From: a virus
Lineage: Duplodnaviria; Heunggongvirae; Uroviricota; Caudoviricetes
IMG/VR virus record: IMGVR_UViG_3300032167_000028
DNA: 64,000 nt
Direction: 5' to 3' (one strand)
Below the pieces are notes generated by a model. That model searched no databases and was not told where the DNA came from. It saw only the letters and a program-made list of their open reading frames with translations. This document shows, piece by piece, positions 55,755 through 64,000 of the stretch (position 1 is its first letter; each line of letters starts with the position of its first letter). A program made the position numbers and the translations under genes.

Positions 55755-55849
55755 GTGGGTAGGGTAGGATTCGAACCTACATCAAGGAATGTTTCACTCA
55801 CATATACTCCTTCTAAGGTGAGAAGCTTTACCAATTAAGCTACCTACCC
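55755..55849 (-). tRNA. aberrant tRNA-like gene, anticodon undetermined
   Basis: Acceptor GGGTAGG/CCTACCC, canonical D- and T-arms; expanded, poorly paired anticodon/variable region; ends ACA. Confidence 0.55.
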
Positions 55850-56007
55850 ATTAGTCCCAGCAATCAGACTTATAGGGGCACTTAGTACAATCAGTGTTCT
55901 CCCAAATAGCATAATCACAGGGAAGAAGAGAAGCGAAGGAATCCGGCTCACGATAATATTCTTCACAGGTGGTGGTGTTCAGGAAATCGTCCATATAAGC
56001 CCTCCTA

Positions 56008-56478
56008 TTAAGTCAAAATAGTTCTAAGCTCATCAACAACTTTATTATAAGTAGTAATTTCCTCTACCTTTGCCGCGATCTCTCTCGCAGTTGTAGTGGG
56101 CATCTTAACGCATTCATCTTTAAGACCAACAAAGGAATGGCATCCACAATATGTCATAAGACTAGTCGCTTCTTCGGTGTATTGGAAAACAATTACACGC
56201 TTACCTTTAGCATAAGCATAACCCTGCTCCCAATTAGTGCCGGCCGTAGAAATTCGACCAGGACTAATAAGAACAACAACATCGGAAGAATCAATTGCCT
56301 GAGTATCTGCGATAAAAACTTTGGTAGCCCACGCTTCCTGTGACATATCCCAAGCATTAGGAATTTGAAGTTCAAAAGGACAATAAACTTCAAAGCCAAC
56401 CTTACGAAGAGCTTTTCCAATTTCAACCATATGAGTACGGCGATCACTACCGCAAGAACCAGCAAGATAGACTTTCAT
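56008..56478 (-). CDS. nucleoside 2-deoxyribosyltransferase-like protein
   Basis: VYLAGS, VYCP, D...IDSSDVVV, GTNWEQGYAYAKGK. Confidence 0.85.
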   Translation of the reverse strand: MKVYLAGSCGSDRRTHMVEIGKALRKVGFEVYCPFELQIPNAWDMSQEAWATKVFIADTQAIDSSDVVVLISPGRISTAGTNWEQGYAYAKGKRVIVFQYTEEATSLMTYCGCHSFVGLKDECVKMPTTTAREIAAKVEEITTYNKVVDELRTILT

Positions 56479-56852
56479 TTAATCTATTTCCTTTCTTCAT
56501 CTTATGTATATATTATATAATAAAATTTTAGAAAAGTCAATTCCAACGTATGATGATTTTATCAATCTGAATATGCTCAGTATTATACCGTCTAGAAGTA
56601 CGTTTTTCTACTTTATATCCGGCTTCACGAAAACGATCGCACACCAAATTTAAAGCAGTAATACGAGTATCCTCTAACCATTCTGGATCTTCTGGTTCGT
56701 AGTTAAAAGAATAGTAACCATTTGAAGCTCGCTCATTTATACGCTTCATAAAAAAATTTTTATATTCATTAAAATAATTACAAATATTTAGCTCAACGTT
56801 TTCCATTGTCTGTTGCCGCATCTCTTCTGCGGGAACAATATCATCTATATCA

Positions 56853-57170
56853 TTATTCAAACCAATGTGTCCTCCATGAAATAGTAAAATCAACAGCATC
56901 AGTCTTAGATGTTCTTGGATTATAAACATATTCAATATGACAACGATATCCTTGCTTACGAATTTCTTTTTTACAACGATTAAGTGCTGAAAGGAGGACC
57001 GCGTCACAATTAGTGAATTTTTCACTCCAACCGCAATAACCAATTTTTGCTGCTTTAGTAACTTCTGCGGCGAAGCGTTGCATAAGTGATTCGTATTTAG
57101 TTTGTACCTCTTTTTCAAAAGCATTATTCGCTTGTTGGCGAATAGCAAAAATATCTGGCATTTTAAACAT
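56853..57170 (-). CDS. hypothetical protein
   Basis: ORF track; start MFKMPD approximate. Confidence 0.45.
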   Translation of the reverse strand: MFKMPDIFAIRQQANNAFEKEVQTKYESLMQRFAAEVTKAAKIGYCGWSEKFTNCDAVLLSALNRCKKEIRKQGYRCHIEYVYNPRTSKTDAVDFTISWRTHWFE

Positions 57171-57501
57171 GTTTTGCCTCGCTATATTCACAATTTTCAC
57201 AGCATGCCGGAAAAGGTTCTAAATCACAGGCATCACAAGCTCTTCTTCGTCTCCAAAAATAGTCGCATTCGTTTACGACTGTTTTACATAATTCAACAAC
57301 CTCTTTTTCTTGATCTTCTGTGAAAAGAACTGAACGACTTGCAACGTCATGAAGCAAAAGAATAAAATCGCCTGGACTAACCCATGTAGTAACATTAATA
57401 CCTTGAGCACTAATATTAAAATCGGTACTTGAAGGACCGGCATCATAATGAGAAACATTTACATCAGTAACAATGGTATTTAAAGGGGTGTTAATTCTCA
57501 T
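57163..57501 (-). CDS. hypothetical protein
   Basis: AGGAG RBS. Confidence 0.5.
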   Translation of the reverse strand: MRINTPLNTIVTDVNVSHYDAGPSSTDFNISAQGINVTTWVSPGDFILLLHDVASRSVLFTEDQEKEVVELCKTVVNECDYFWRRRRACDACDLEPFPACCENCEYSEAKHV

Positions 57502-57528
57502 TGTGTTTTCTCCTTTTAAATTTAAAGC

Positions 57529-57753
57529 TTAATAAACCTCAATCATATCGGCAATGGAACTAACTTCCTTCTTGTAAACAACAATGTTCTCATTATCATT
57601 AAGAAATCTAATATTACACTCTTCAAGAGCGTCCTCACCATAATATTCGGTAAGATACTTCATTGCTCCAGAAAAACTATTCGTACCTGCAATCAGACCA
57701 TGCTCAATGACTTCGCCCTCATCATCATAAAGCTTAACTTTATACTCGTACAT
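57529..57753 (-). CDS. hypothetical protein
   Basis: ORF track. Confidence 0.55.
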   Translation of the reverse strand: MYEYKVKLYDDEGEVIEHGLIAGTNSFSGAMKYLTEYYGEDALEECNIRFLNDNENIVVYKKEVSSIADMIEVY

Positions 57754-57755
57754 AA

Positions 57756-57950
57756 TTATTTATTTCTCCTTTCGTTACGATAGATACGTTCTTGCCATGG
57801 TAAAACAACACACAAACTAAGTGCGGCGATAATTCCTACAACTGCTACTATTGCAATAAAATGAAAATTAAAAACTGCTAAAATTGAATATATTCCCCAC
57901 AAACCAATTATTACAAGTGAAACTAAAAAGGTCCAAGAAAAAATTTCCAC
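57756..57950 (-). CDS. membrane hypothetical protein
   Basis: Hydrophobic. Confidence 0.5.
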   Translation of the reverse strand: MEIFSWTFLVSLVIIGLWGIYSILAVFNFHFIAIVAVVGIIAALSLCVVLPWQERIYRNERRNK

Positions 57951-58095
57951 TAAAAGATCAATTATCTAACGTTCTTTCATATATCTTCCTCCCGCGGACT
58001 GATGATGGTGAGAATAATTAAAATAGTTAAAAATAACTCCATAGTACACCTTTAAAAATACCACCCATTAGGTTTAACGCTAACAGGTGGTCTAC

Positions 58096-58172
58096 TGGTA
58101 GGGACGCTGGGATTCGAACCCAGGACCACCACTTTATAAGAATGGCACTCTAACCGGCTGAGTTACGTCCCC
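58096..58172 (-). tRNA. trnI: tRNA-Ile(TAT)
   Basis: Cloverleaf, CCATT CTTATAA AGTGG, A73-CCA. Confidence 0.88.
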
Positions 58173-58187
58173 TTAGTGTGAGTTTCC

Positions 58188-59297
58188 TCACACGGTATAA
58201 CGATTTAGAATGGAAGAATTAACCTTTTCCAGAGTCATTCGAGCTGGCTTAAAACGCTTATGCTCTTCATTACGCTTAGCCTTCTCTTCGTTGCTAAGTT
58301 CCCAATCATCCTCGGTATCACGCTCAAGGATAATCTTTTCCTTTGGAACACAAAGTTCGCCATCCATGATACAAACATCCTTAGGATTGAATCTTACCCA
58401 ATGACGATCCTTTAGGTTATTAACCCAGAAGCTTGCGTTCTGATTACTATACAGATCAATACGAGTGCTATATGCAGTATACTCAGTACCATCCTCAAGA
58501 TAAACCACAACATCAAACATTACGTCACGAGTACGAGTGAGATTAAGTTCATTGAGTGTTTCTTCAACACTGTATCCCTGATTAAGTTCAAATACAATTG
58601 CACGAAGATAATCATAAGTAATATCCACTGTATGAGCAAAATGGATAATACGCTCGATTACATTTTGATACTGCGGCAGGAGATTATCCATAAGATACGC
58701 AGTAATCTCTTCATCGGTAGGAGAACCAAGATTGAAATGATAGTGGAAGCGGCCCGGTCGATTGATAAGGCAATCATTTAGCTTGTAAGTATCATTACAA
58801 GTAACAATAAATAGCCTATGACCACCATCAAAACCATCAAAAAGTGTTAGCATCTCTGCCTGAGGATCCATCTCATCAGACTTACCAAATGTCTTTTCAA
58901 ACTCATCAAAAAGAACAATAGTTTCCTGCTCAATAGAACTTAGAAAGTTGCCAATGCCTGGAACATAACCTGAAACAATTAGAACAGGATAACCAAGCCG
59001 GATACCCTCTGCGGCAAGTAGCTTTGCAAATACAGACTTACCAATGCCTTTCTGACCACTTAGAATGACACCAAAATTGCGATTAGAAGCCATATAAGAA
59101 CGCATTACCTTTTCTACTCGACGCATATGACTACCGTAGATTTTTTCCTCTGAAGTTACAATATCCTTACGAGCAGTAAGATAAAAACCTGTCATCTTAT
59201 TGAACTCTACATCATAAGTACCAACCGGAAGAAACTGAGAAGTCTTTACATTATCACTATAAATTTGGAAGCGACCACCAGAACTAACTACGTTCAT
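58188..59297 (-). CDS. AAA+ ATPase
   Basis: GQKGIGKS, VLFDEFEK, TCND, NRPGRFHY. Confidence 0.88.
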   Translation of the reverse strand: MNVVSSGGRFQIYSDNVKTSQFLPVGTYDVEFNKMTGFYLTARKDIVTSEEKIYGSHMRRVEKVMRSYMASNRNFGVILSGQKGIGKSVFAKLLAAEGIRLGYPVLIVSGYVPGIGNFLSSIEQETIVLFDEFEKTFGKSDEMDPQAEMLTLFDGFDGGHRLFIVTCNDTYKLNDCLINRPGRFHYHFNLGSPTDEEITAYLMDNLLPQYQNVIERIIHFAHTVDITYDYLRAIVFELNQGYSVEETLNELNLTRTRDVMFDVVVYLEDGTEYTAYSTRIDLYSNQNASFWVNNLKDRHWVRFNPKDVCIMDGELCVPKEKIILERDTEDDWELSNEEKAKRNEEHKRFKPARMTLEKVNSSILNRYTV

Positions 59298-59315
59298 AAA
59301 ATTCTCCTTTCAAAA

Positions 59316-59432
59316 TGGGCCGAAGGTCGGAATCGAACCGACTCACGCGGGTTAACAGCCAAAGATCATTGCAGACACGGTATATTTCTATACCACCTAA
59401 AGTACGCCGCTCTACCATTGAGCTACTTCGGC
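59316..59432 (-). tRNA. tRNA-Asn(GTT)-like gene interrupted by a 44-nt insert in the anticodon stem
   Basis: GCG|insert 59361-59404|GG-CTGTTAA-CCCGC; insert = GGTATA-GAAA-TATACC hairpin + CTGCAA; 3' end short of a full NCCA. Confidence 0.72.
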
Positions 59433-59435
59433 ATA

Positions 59436-59570
59436 TGGTGGGAGAGGTTGGATTTGAACCAACATGAGCATTACTCGGAGGATTTACAGTCCTTTGTTTT
59501 TGCTGTCGAGGAATTTTGCAATACCCGTATTCCGGATTTTCCTCTGCGTCTGACATTCCGCCACTCTCGC
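59436..59570 (-). tRNA. tRNA-Tyr(GTA)-like gene interrupted by a ~50-nt insert in the anticodon stem
   Basis: GAG|insert ~59492-59541|GA-CTGTAAA-TCCTC; insert contains hairpin + CAGCAAA. Confidence 0.75.
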
Positions 59571-59579
59571 CAAATAAAA

Positions 59580-59945
59580 GGCATACTTTTACGGAGTCGC
59601 CACAACCGCGTGGATTGTCCGTTTTCTTAGGGAGTCCACGATAGATTTTTAGTTTTGTAGTTCCGGACCTACGCCACACGGACCTTCGCCCACGATAGGG
59701 AGGGCAATGCTCCCTCATGGTTATTAGCCACCCAACTGTTGGACTATCGTATTAGGTCGGAGTTTCACTCCAATCCACCACCTATTTGTTTTTGCGGTCT
59801 AAATAAGAACGACCGAGGATGAAGTTATTACACTTCACTCATTCCACCACTTGCTTGTTGTTAATAGTCTAAGCAAGAACGACACCCGATCTGCTTACCG
59901 TTCTGCTACTGTTTCCATTGTTTCCGCTCACAGTTTCAGTACAGG
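59580..59945 (-). ncRNA. structured non-coding region (3' part of a large RNA candidate)
   Basis: GC-rich, hairpins such as GGAGT-GAA-ACTCC and GAGGGAG/CTCCCT; no credible ORF. Confidence 0.45.
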
Positions 59946-59948
59946 GAC

Positions 59949-60025
59949 TGGTGACACCACGGGGATTCGAACCCTCGATTACTGGCGTGAGAGGCCAGTC
60001 TCCTAAGCCGTTAGAGGATGGTGCC
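59949..60025 (-). tRNA. trnE: tRNA-Glu(CTC)
   Basis: CTGGC CTCTCAC GCCAG; CCA. Confidence 0.9.
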
Positions 60026-60029
60026 ATAA

Positions 60030-60550
60030 AAGAGGATGCTGCATCCTTGCCGCAGCTCCCGGGTCTGCCGGGTAGGAATCGAACCTACAAACTTCCTCAA
60101 ATAAAAGAGCCTGTTTCGCAATCGCGGCGGGTCATTCCGCTGGCTCCTCGGTTTCTTACGTCCGGCATACCGGATACTCTTTCGCGTTATGGATGAACCG
60201 TACCAAGGAGTTTCACGTTCTCACTCCTCAACGATGGGATACTCCCCACACGAGTACCATTGTGTAAGTAAGGCGGTACATCTCCTTTAATGGCAACCTA
60301 ACAGCGTACTCAGCTTTCGCCTTATGGGTGTTTCGGGGATTCTGGTTTGTTGTCGTAATACAATCCCTTTTTAAAAATATTGAGATAACAAAAGAATGCT
60401 TTCTTAGGGAGCAGTTGCTCTCGGTGCCCTTTATCGACTAACAGAGCTTTTGCGTTAGACAAACCTTATCGTACCTACTCATTCTGCGGGCAATTAGAGC
60501 AACCTAGCCCGCTCTCCTTTTTGGAAGAGTTTATTTATCTCTCTCAACCT
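60030..60550 (-). ncRNA. structured non-coding region with a tRNA-like T-arm near its 3' end
   Basis: Starts just below promoter 60560-60588; GCGAAAG hairpins; GTAGG TTCGATT CCTAC-CCGGCA pairing with TGCCGG. Confidence 0.5.
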
Positions 60551-60559
60551 TACATATAT

Positions 60560-60588
60560 ATTATATATTAAATTTTTAAAATTGTCAA
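60560..60588 (-). promoter_or_regulatory. sigma70-type promoter driving the ncRNA/tRNA block
   Basis: TTGACA-17-TATAAT. Confidence 0.85.
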
Positions 60589-61817
60589 TTATTTAGAAGT
60601 TCAAATACAACTTCAATATTCTTCTTCTTCCACGCTTTCTTAAAACGACGTGCTTCACGATTAAAAATTCCGCCGCGTCTTAGGGTTTGAAATTTAAGTG
60701 TCATTTTTTCAATAAGAGCAGATTCAACCATACTAGAATCCATACGCGGTCTACGACGAGCCGTACAAAGAGTTTGATTTTCTTCCTTTAAACGATGATT
60801 CTCATTTTCATAATTAGAAATTTGCTGTTTATATTCACAAGATTTCTGATGGACATATTCTTCATAATACTGCAAACGCTTTTCGTATTCTCTTACAAGC
60901 CGCCTATAATTTTCAAGTTCTTCGGAAAAACGTTTATTTTCAAGTTCTTCAGAAAAATGTTTGAAATCAACAGAATTAGTGTTATTATTATATTTAGAAC
61001 AAGACTGAACAATACATCCTCTAATTTCTTCTAAAGAAGTCATTAAATTGGCAAGAGCAACAACAATTTGAAAATTCTTACTTTTATCAATAACTGAACC
61101 ATCAGTTGTCCAAAAATCATAAGACTGAGAGGTTTTCTTAAAGAAATTGGTTAGCTTAGTTTTATCACCACGGGAATCAATACTAAGAATATTTTGAATT
61201 TCCTTAATACTCTTGGGCAGCGGCAAAATCTGCTTCAAGTTACTAAGTACTTTATAGGTAATTTCATAATCATTATCGTGAGCAAAAATTTCCTTATATT
61301 CAATAAAATAACCAAGATAAGGCAAAATAGGTAGAATAAAAGACAATAGTAAGTCGCAATCCTGAAGAGCGGTATGCGTTTGCTGAATAGAACCATTGGT
61401 AATGTCATTAACAATAGCTTCAAGTCCAGTTTGTGTATTATTAGGAAAAAGAATTTTTACCAGATTAATAGAATCATAGAAAGGAATCTGTGGAAAAGAA
61501 ACTCCAGTCTGCTGATGCAAAAGTTCAAGCTGACGCTTATCTTCATTGGCATTATGTGCAATAATAAAATCAATATTATTAGTGCTTAAATCATTAGCAA
61601 TAATATTGGCACCCTCAGCACTAGAAATGAAATGAGCATCAGGGTCTGCTTCATAAAATCTCTTTTTAGTTTTATAGGTATTTTCGCCAATAATGTTACG
61701 ATTTTCAAAGTTATTTTGAATAATCAAATTTCTTCGAAGCAAAACTTCCTGATTATGGTTTACAAGAATATAACCATAATTATATGTCTTTTCCGTATCA
61801 AAAATAAGATAATTCAT
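60585..61817 (-). CDS. DEDDh 3'-5' exonuclease with C-terminal coiled coil
   Basis: IFDTE, IAHNA..D, HTALQDC. Confidence 0.8.
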   Translation of the reverse strand: MNYLIFDTEKTYNYGYILVNHNQEVLLRRNLIIQNNFENRNIIGENTYKTKKRFYEADPDAHFISSAEGANIIANDLSTNNIDFIIAHNANEDKRQLELLHQQTGVSFPQIPFYDSINLVKILFPNNTQTGLEAIVNDITNGSIQQTHTALQDCDLLLSFILPILPYLGYFIEYKEIFAHDNDYEITYKVLSNLKQILPLPKSIKEIQNILSIDSRGDKTKLTNFFKKTSQSYDFWTTDGSVIDKSKNFQIVVALANLMTSLEEIRGCIVQSCSKYNNNTNSVDFKHFSEELENKRFSEELENYRRLVREYEKRLQYYEEYVHQKSCEYKQQISNYENENHRLKEENQTLCTARRRPRMDSSMVESALIEKMTLKFQTLRRGGIFNREARRFKKAWKKKNIEVVFELLNN

Positions 61818-61904
61818 ATTTAATTCCTTTCTTAATTTATATATTAATTATATACTAAAAAATTAAAAAAGTCAAATAATAAGAGAGTGTTTCCACCCTC
61901 GTTA

Positions 61905-63422
61905 TTACTTAATCACTGCGTAACGCTCCTTATTGAGACACTCCATCATCAGATCATAACCGGTCTTGCCGCTCATGATAGTCTGGAAGATAGAAGGAGA
62001 AAAGCCACTCACAAAGCTAATAGCATCCTTGCCGAGCATAGGAATGTTATTAGTGCGAGCATTGACGTTCCAGTAAATAAGGTGCGGCATCTGATAACCG
62101 GAGTTCTGCCACTTACGAGCGATGCCCTCCATTAGAGTGGTATTGCTCTGATAACGAAGGTTGTAATCCTTCGCCTGATCAAACTCCATATCACTGATGA
62201 CAATGATGTTCTTAGGCATATCGTCCTGTGGAACACGGTTGCGAATAGCGGTATTCAGAACCATGTCGAACGCGGCCTCAATATTGGTATTCTGGCAGAG
62301 ATTAGTAGATACGATACGATGTACCTTATCACAGAAATCAACACCAGTACACTCAATTAGCTGAGGACGAGAGCTGAAGGAGATGTAATGACCCGCGAAC
62401 GGACCCTTTGCCTTCTCCGCACAGTACAGGCCAAGGCTTACTGCAACATCAATAGGCTTAACATCAGCACTGCCGCAGGTCATAGAACCAGAGGTATCGA
62501 CCATACAGAGAGCGTTGAAGCTGGCACCATCGAAATAATCAGCAAGATTATCCCAATACTTATTCACCATGAGACGATCAACATTGTCAAGTGCCACAGA
62601 GCTGCGGCCATAGCCGTAATAGCTATTGCTACGCATTACCTTGATGGCTTCCTTAACAACCTCGTAAGGATACAGAGTCTTGGCATTTACCTTAGTAGTA
62701 GTATCCTTAGCGAACTTCTCATACTTCGTCTTGATAATATCACGACGAGCAAAAGCGTTCTTATAAATCATGCCAGCCTTAGAAGGAATCTTATCAAACT
62801 CGATTTCATTCCAACGATTCTCAGACATGAGCTTTTCAACAATATTGATACGAGTACGAAGCACAGAAAGAATCTGGCGGTACTGCTTATGGGTTAGACC
62901 AAGATGCTGACGAGTAATGTCACCAAGGTGACGAGTCTCCTCAGAAGAAGCATTCTCAGACTTTAGCCACTTAGCAAGTAGAGATGGAGTCTTACACTGT
63001 ACGTCAAGCATAAGCTGCTTCTTGATAAAAGCGAAAATCGCAGTATCAATAGCCTGATTCATACCAACCATACAGTAGAGATCATCCCAGCGACCAAACT
63101 CTGGAATATACTCAAGATTGCGAAGAACCGCCTCTGGATGATGAACAGCAAGCCACTTTAGATTCTCACGGAAGAAACGACGCTCACCCTGGCCGCCACG
63201 CACATCACGAATATAGAATAGACACTTTAGTGCATACTCTGGATTCTCGTTGTATGCAAGGGCAAACATATTCACTACGTCATCAACAGAACGCTGACGC
63301 ATAGCTGCGCCCATTGCGAACATATCAAGAAGCTTAGACTGAGTAGTATAATGCTTTACAGCACCATTCTCAGTACGACCGATATTAGTACTAGACTTTA
63401 GACCGTTCATAAGAGTATTCAT
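61905..63422 (-). CDS. DUF2828-family TROVE-like protein with vWA domain
   Basis: TENGA, LF..RD.RGG.GER, GRWDD, AKWL, VDTSGSM (MIDAS), NTNI.AAF, ISDMEFD, YWN, SGFS. Confidence 0.85.
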   Translation of the reverse strand: MNTLMNGLKSSTNIGRTENGAVKHYTTQSKLLDMFAMGAAMRQRSVDDVVNMFALAYNENPEYALKCLFYIRDVRGGQGERRFFRENLKWLAVHHPEAVLRNLEYIPEFGRWDDLYCMVGMNQAIDTAIFAFIKKQLMLDVQCKTPSLLAKWLKSENASSEETRHLGDITRQHLGLTHKQYRQILSVLRTRINIVEKLMSENRWNEIEFDKIPSKAGMIYKNAFARRDIIKTKYEKFAKDTTTKVNAKTLYPYEVVKEAIKVMRSNSYYGYGRSSVALDNVDRLMVNKYWDNLADYFDGASFNALCMVDTSGSMTCGSADVKPIDVAVSLGLYCAEKAKGPFAGHYISFSSRPQLIECTGVDFCDKVHRIVSTNLCQNTNIEAAFDMVLNTAIRNRVPQDDMPKNIIVISDMEFDQAKDYNLRYQSNTTLMEGIARKWQNSGYQMPHLIYWNVNARTNNIPMLGKDAISFVSGFSPSIFQTIMSGKTGYDLMMECLNKERYAVIK

Positions 63423-63539
63423 ATTTTATTTATCTCCTTTTCTTTTTTGTCAGTTGCTTGGACAAGCAACATTGTTTCTTAACTTTATGTATATATTATA
63501 ACTGAAATTTTCAAATAAGTCAAAAATACAAACTGATTT

Positions 63540-64000
63540 TTATTCAGCACTAAATTTAATCATTTCTCGGGAATCAATGTCCATAAGATAAATAATATAA
63601 GTGCTAAAGCAACCAGTATCCATATCAATCTTAGTATTATCACAATACCATACAGGACAAACCGTAATAGAACTTCGCCCGCGTTGCCCCAGTCGTTTTA
63701 CAAGATGCTGACAAGGAGTATGACCATGAATCAGAATACCGTCATCCCATTTCTCAAAAAAATGGTCTCGGCTCCAAATGCGGCTGTCGATATTATCCTT
63801 TTCCTTATTCAAGGTACCTGCATGACAAAAAGTAATTTTCTCGCCATTGTTATTAACAAATTCTACACAGGTAGGAAGTTTATCAATAGCATTAACAATA
63901 GTCATGCTTGCACCATCTGCAAGCCATTCGTAAAGAGTGTAAAAACCACCATTATTTAGATGAAGAGCAACGTCATCATTATAGTAAGCACTATAAATCA
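63540..64000 (-). CDS. Ser/Thr-phosphatase-like metallophosphoesterase, 5' end outside the window
   Basis: NNGG..TL, F.HAG, WSR, IHGHTP, I.MDTG. Confidence 0.8.
   Translation of the reverse strand, partial: IYSAYYNDDVALHLNNGGFYTLYEWLADGASMTIVNAIDKLPTCVEFVNNNGEKITFCHAGTLNKEKDNIDSRIWSRDHFFEKWDDGILIHGHTPCQHLVKRLGQRGRSSITVCPVWYCDNTKIDMDTGCFSTYIIYLMDIDSREMIKFSAE

Noticed and set aside
55856-55873. Plus-strand AGTC-CCAGCAATCA-GACT mini-hairpin containing CAGCAA
   Set aside because: Opposite strand, 4-bp stem and wrong spacing relative to the family consensus; probably chance.
59361-59541. Group I intron reading of the tRNA inserts
   Set aside because: The inserts are 44-50 nt, far too short for a catalytic core, and lack P7 elements; no archaeal bulge-helix-bulge was evident either.
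59265-60196. ORFs 59265-59630, 59284-59718 and 59918-60196
   Set aside because: They run through tRNA genes and structured RNA and have no protein motifs.

Overview
A 64-kb segment of a large, AT-rich dsDNA bacteriophage genome. The host is inferred to be a gut Bacillota/Clostridia member, from the sigma70-type TTGACA-17-TATAAT promoters, AGGAGG RBSs, and SpoIID, SH3b and LL-H-holin lysis genes. Almost everything is encoded on the minus strand. The window holds replication and nucleotide genes (type II topoisomerase B, ATP-dependent DNA ligase, RNase H, dNMP kinase, PIN-PhoH, ClpP, NCS2 permease, two nucleoside deoxyribosyltransferase-like proteins). It also holds about 31 tRNA genes covering all 20 amino acids, a tmRNA, a lysis module, a C5-methylase/nuclease pair and an extensive RNA-repair toolkit (two Ro60/TROVE-like proteins, RNA ligase, Thg1, PNK-like kinase, HAD, phosphoesterases, nucleotidyltransferase). 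The phage uses TAG as a sense codon, most likely Gln (genetic code 15): several broken ORFs in the supplied track join into single genes when TAG is read through. The only amber-decoding tRNA I found is a 98-nt tRNA-Gln body carrying two tandem anticodon arms (CUA and CUG). The most novel signal is a family of at least 10 dispersed small RNAs sharing a covarying terminal helix and the motif WAGRC-N4/5-CAGCAAW. Five of them carry tRNA bodies, four circularly permuted at different breakpoints and one intact. The same motif occurs as 44-50 nt inserts in the anticodon stems of second copies of tRNA-Asn and tRNA-Tyr. This looks like an expanded Y-RNA-like or permuted-tRNA system linked to the Ro60/DUF2828 proteins. 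Two large structured ncRNA candidates (ROOL/GOLLD-like) are also present. All family assignments come from reading motifs by eye; no database searches were run.
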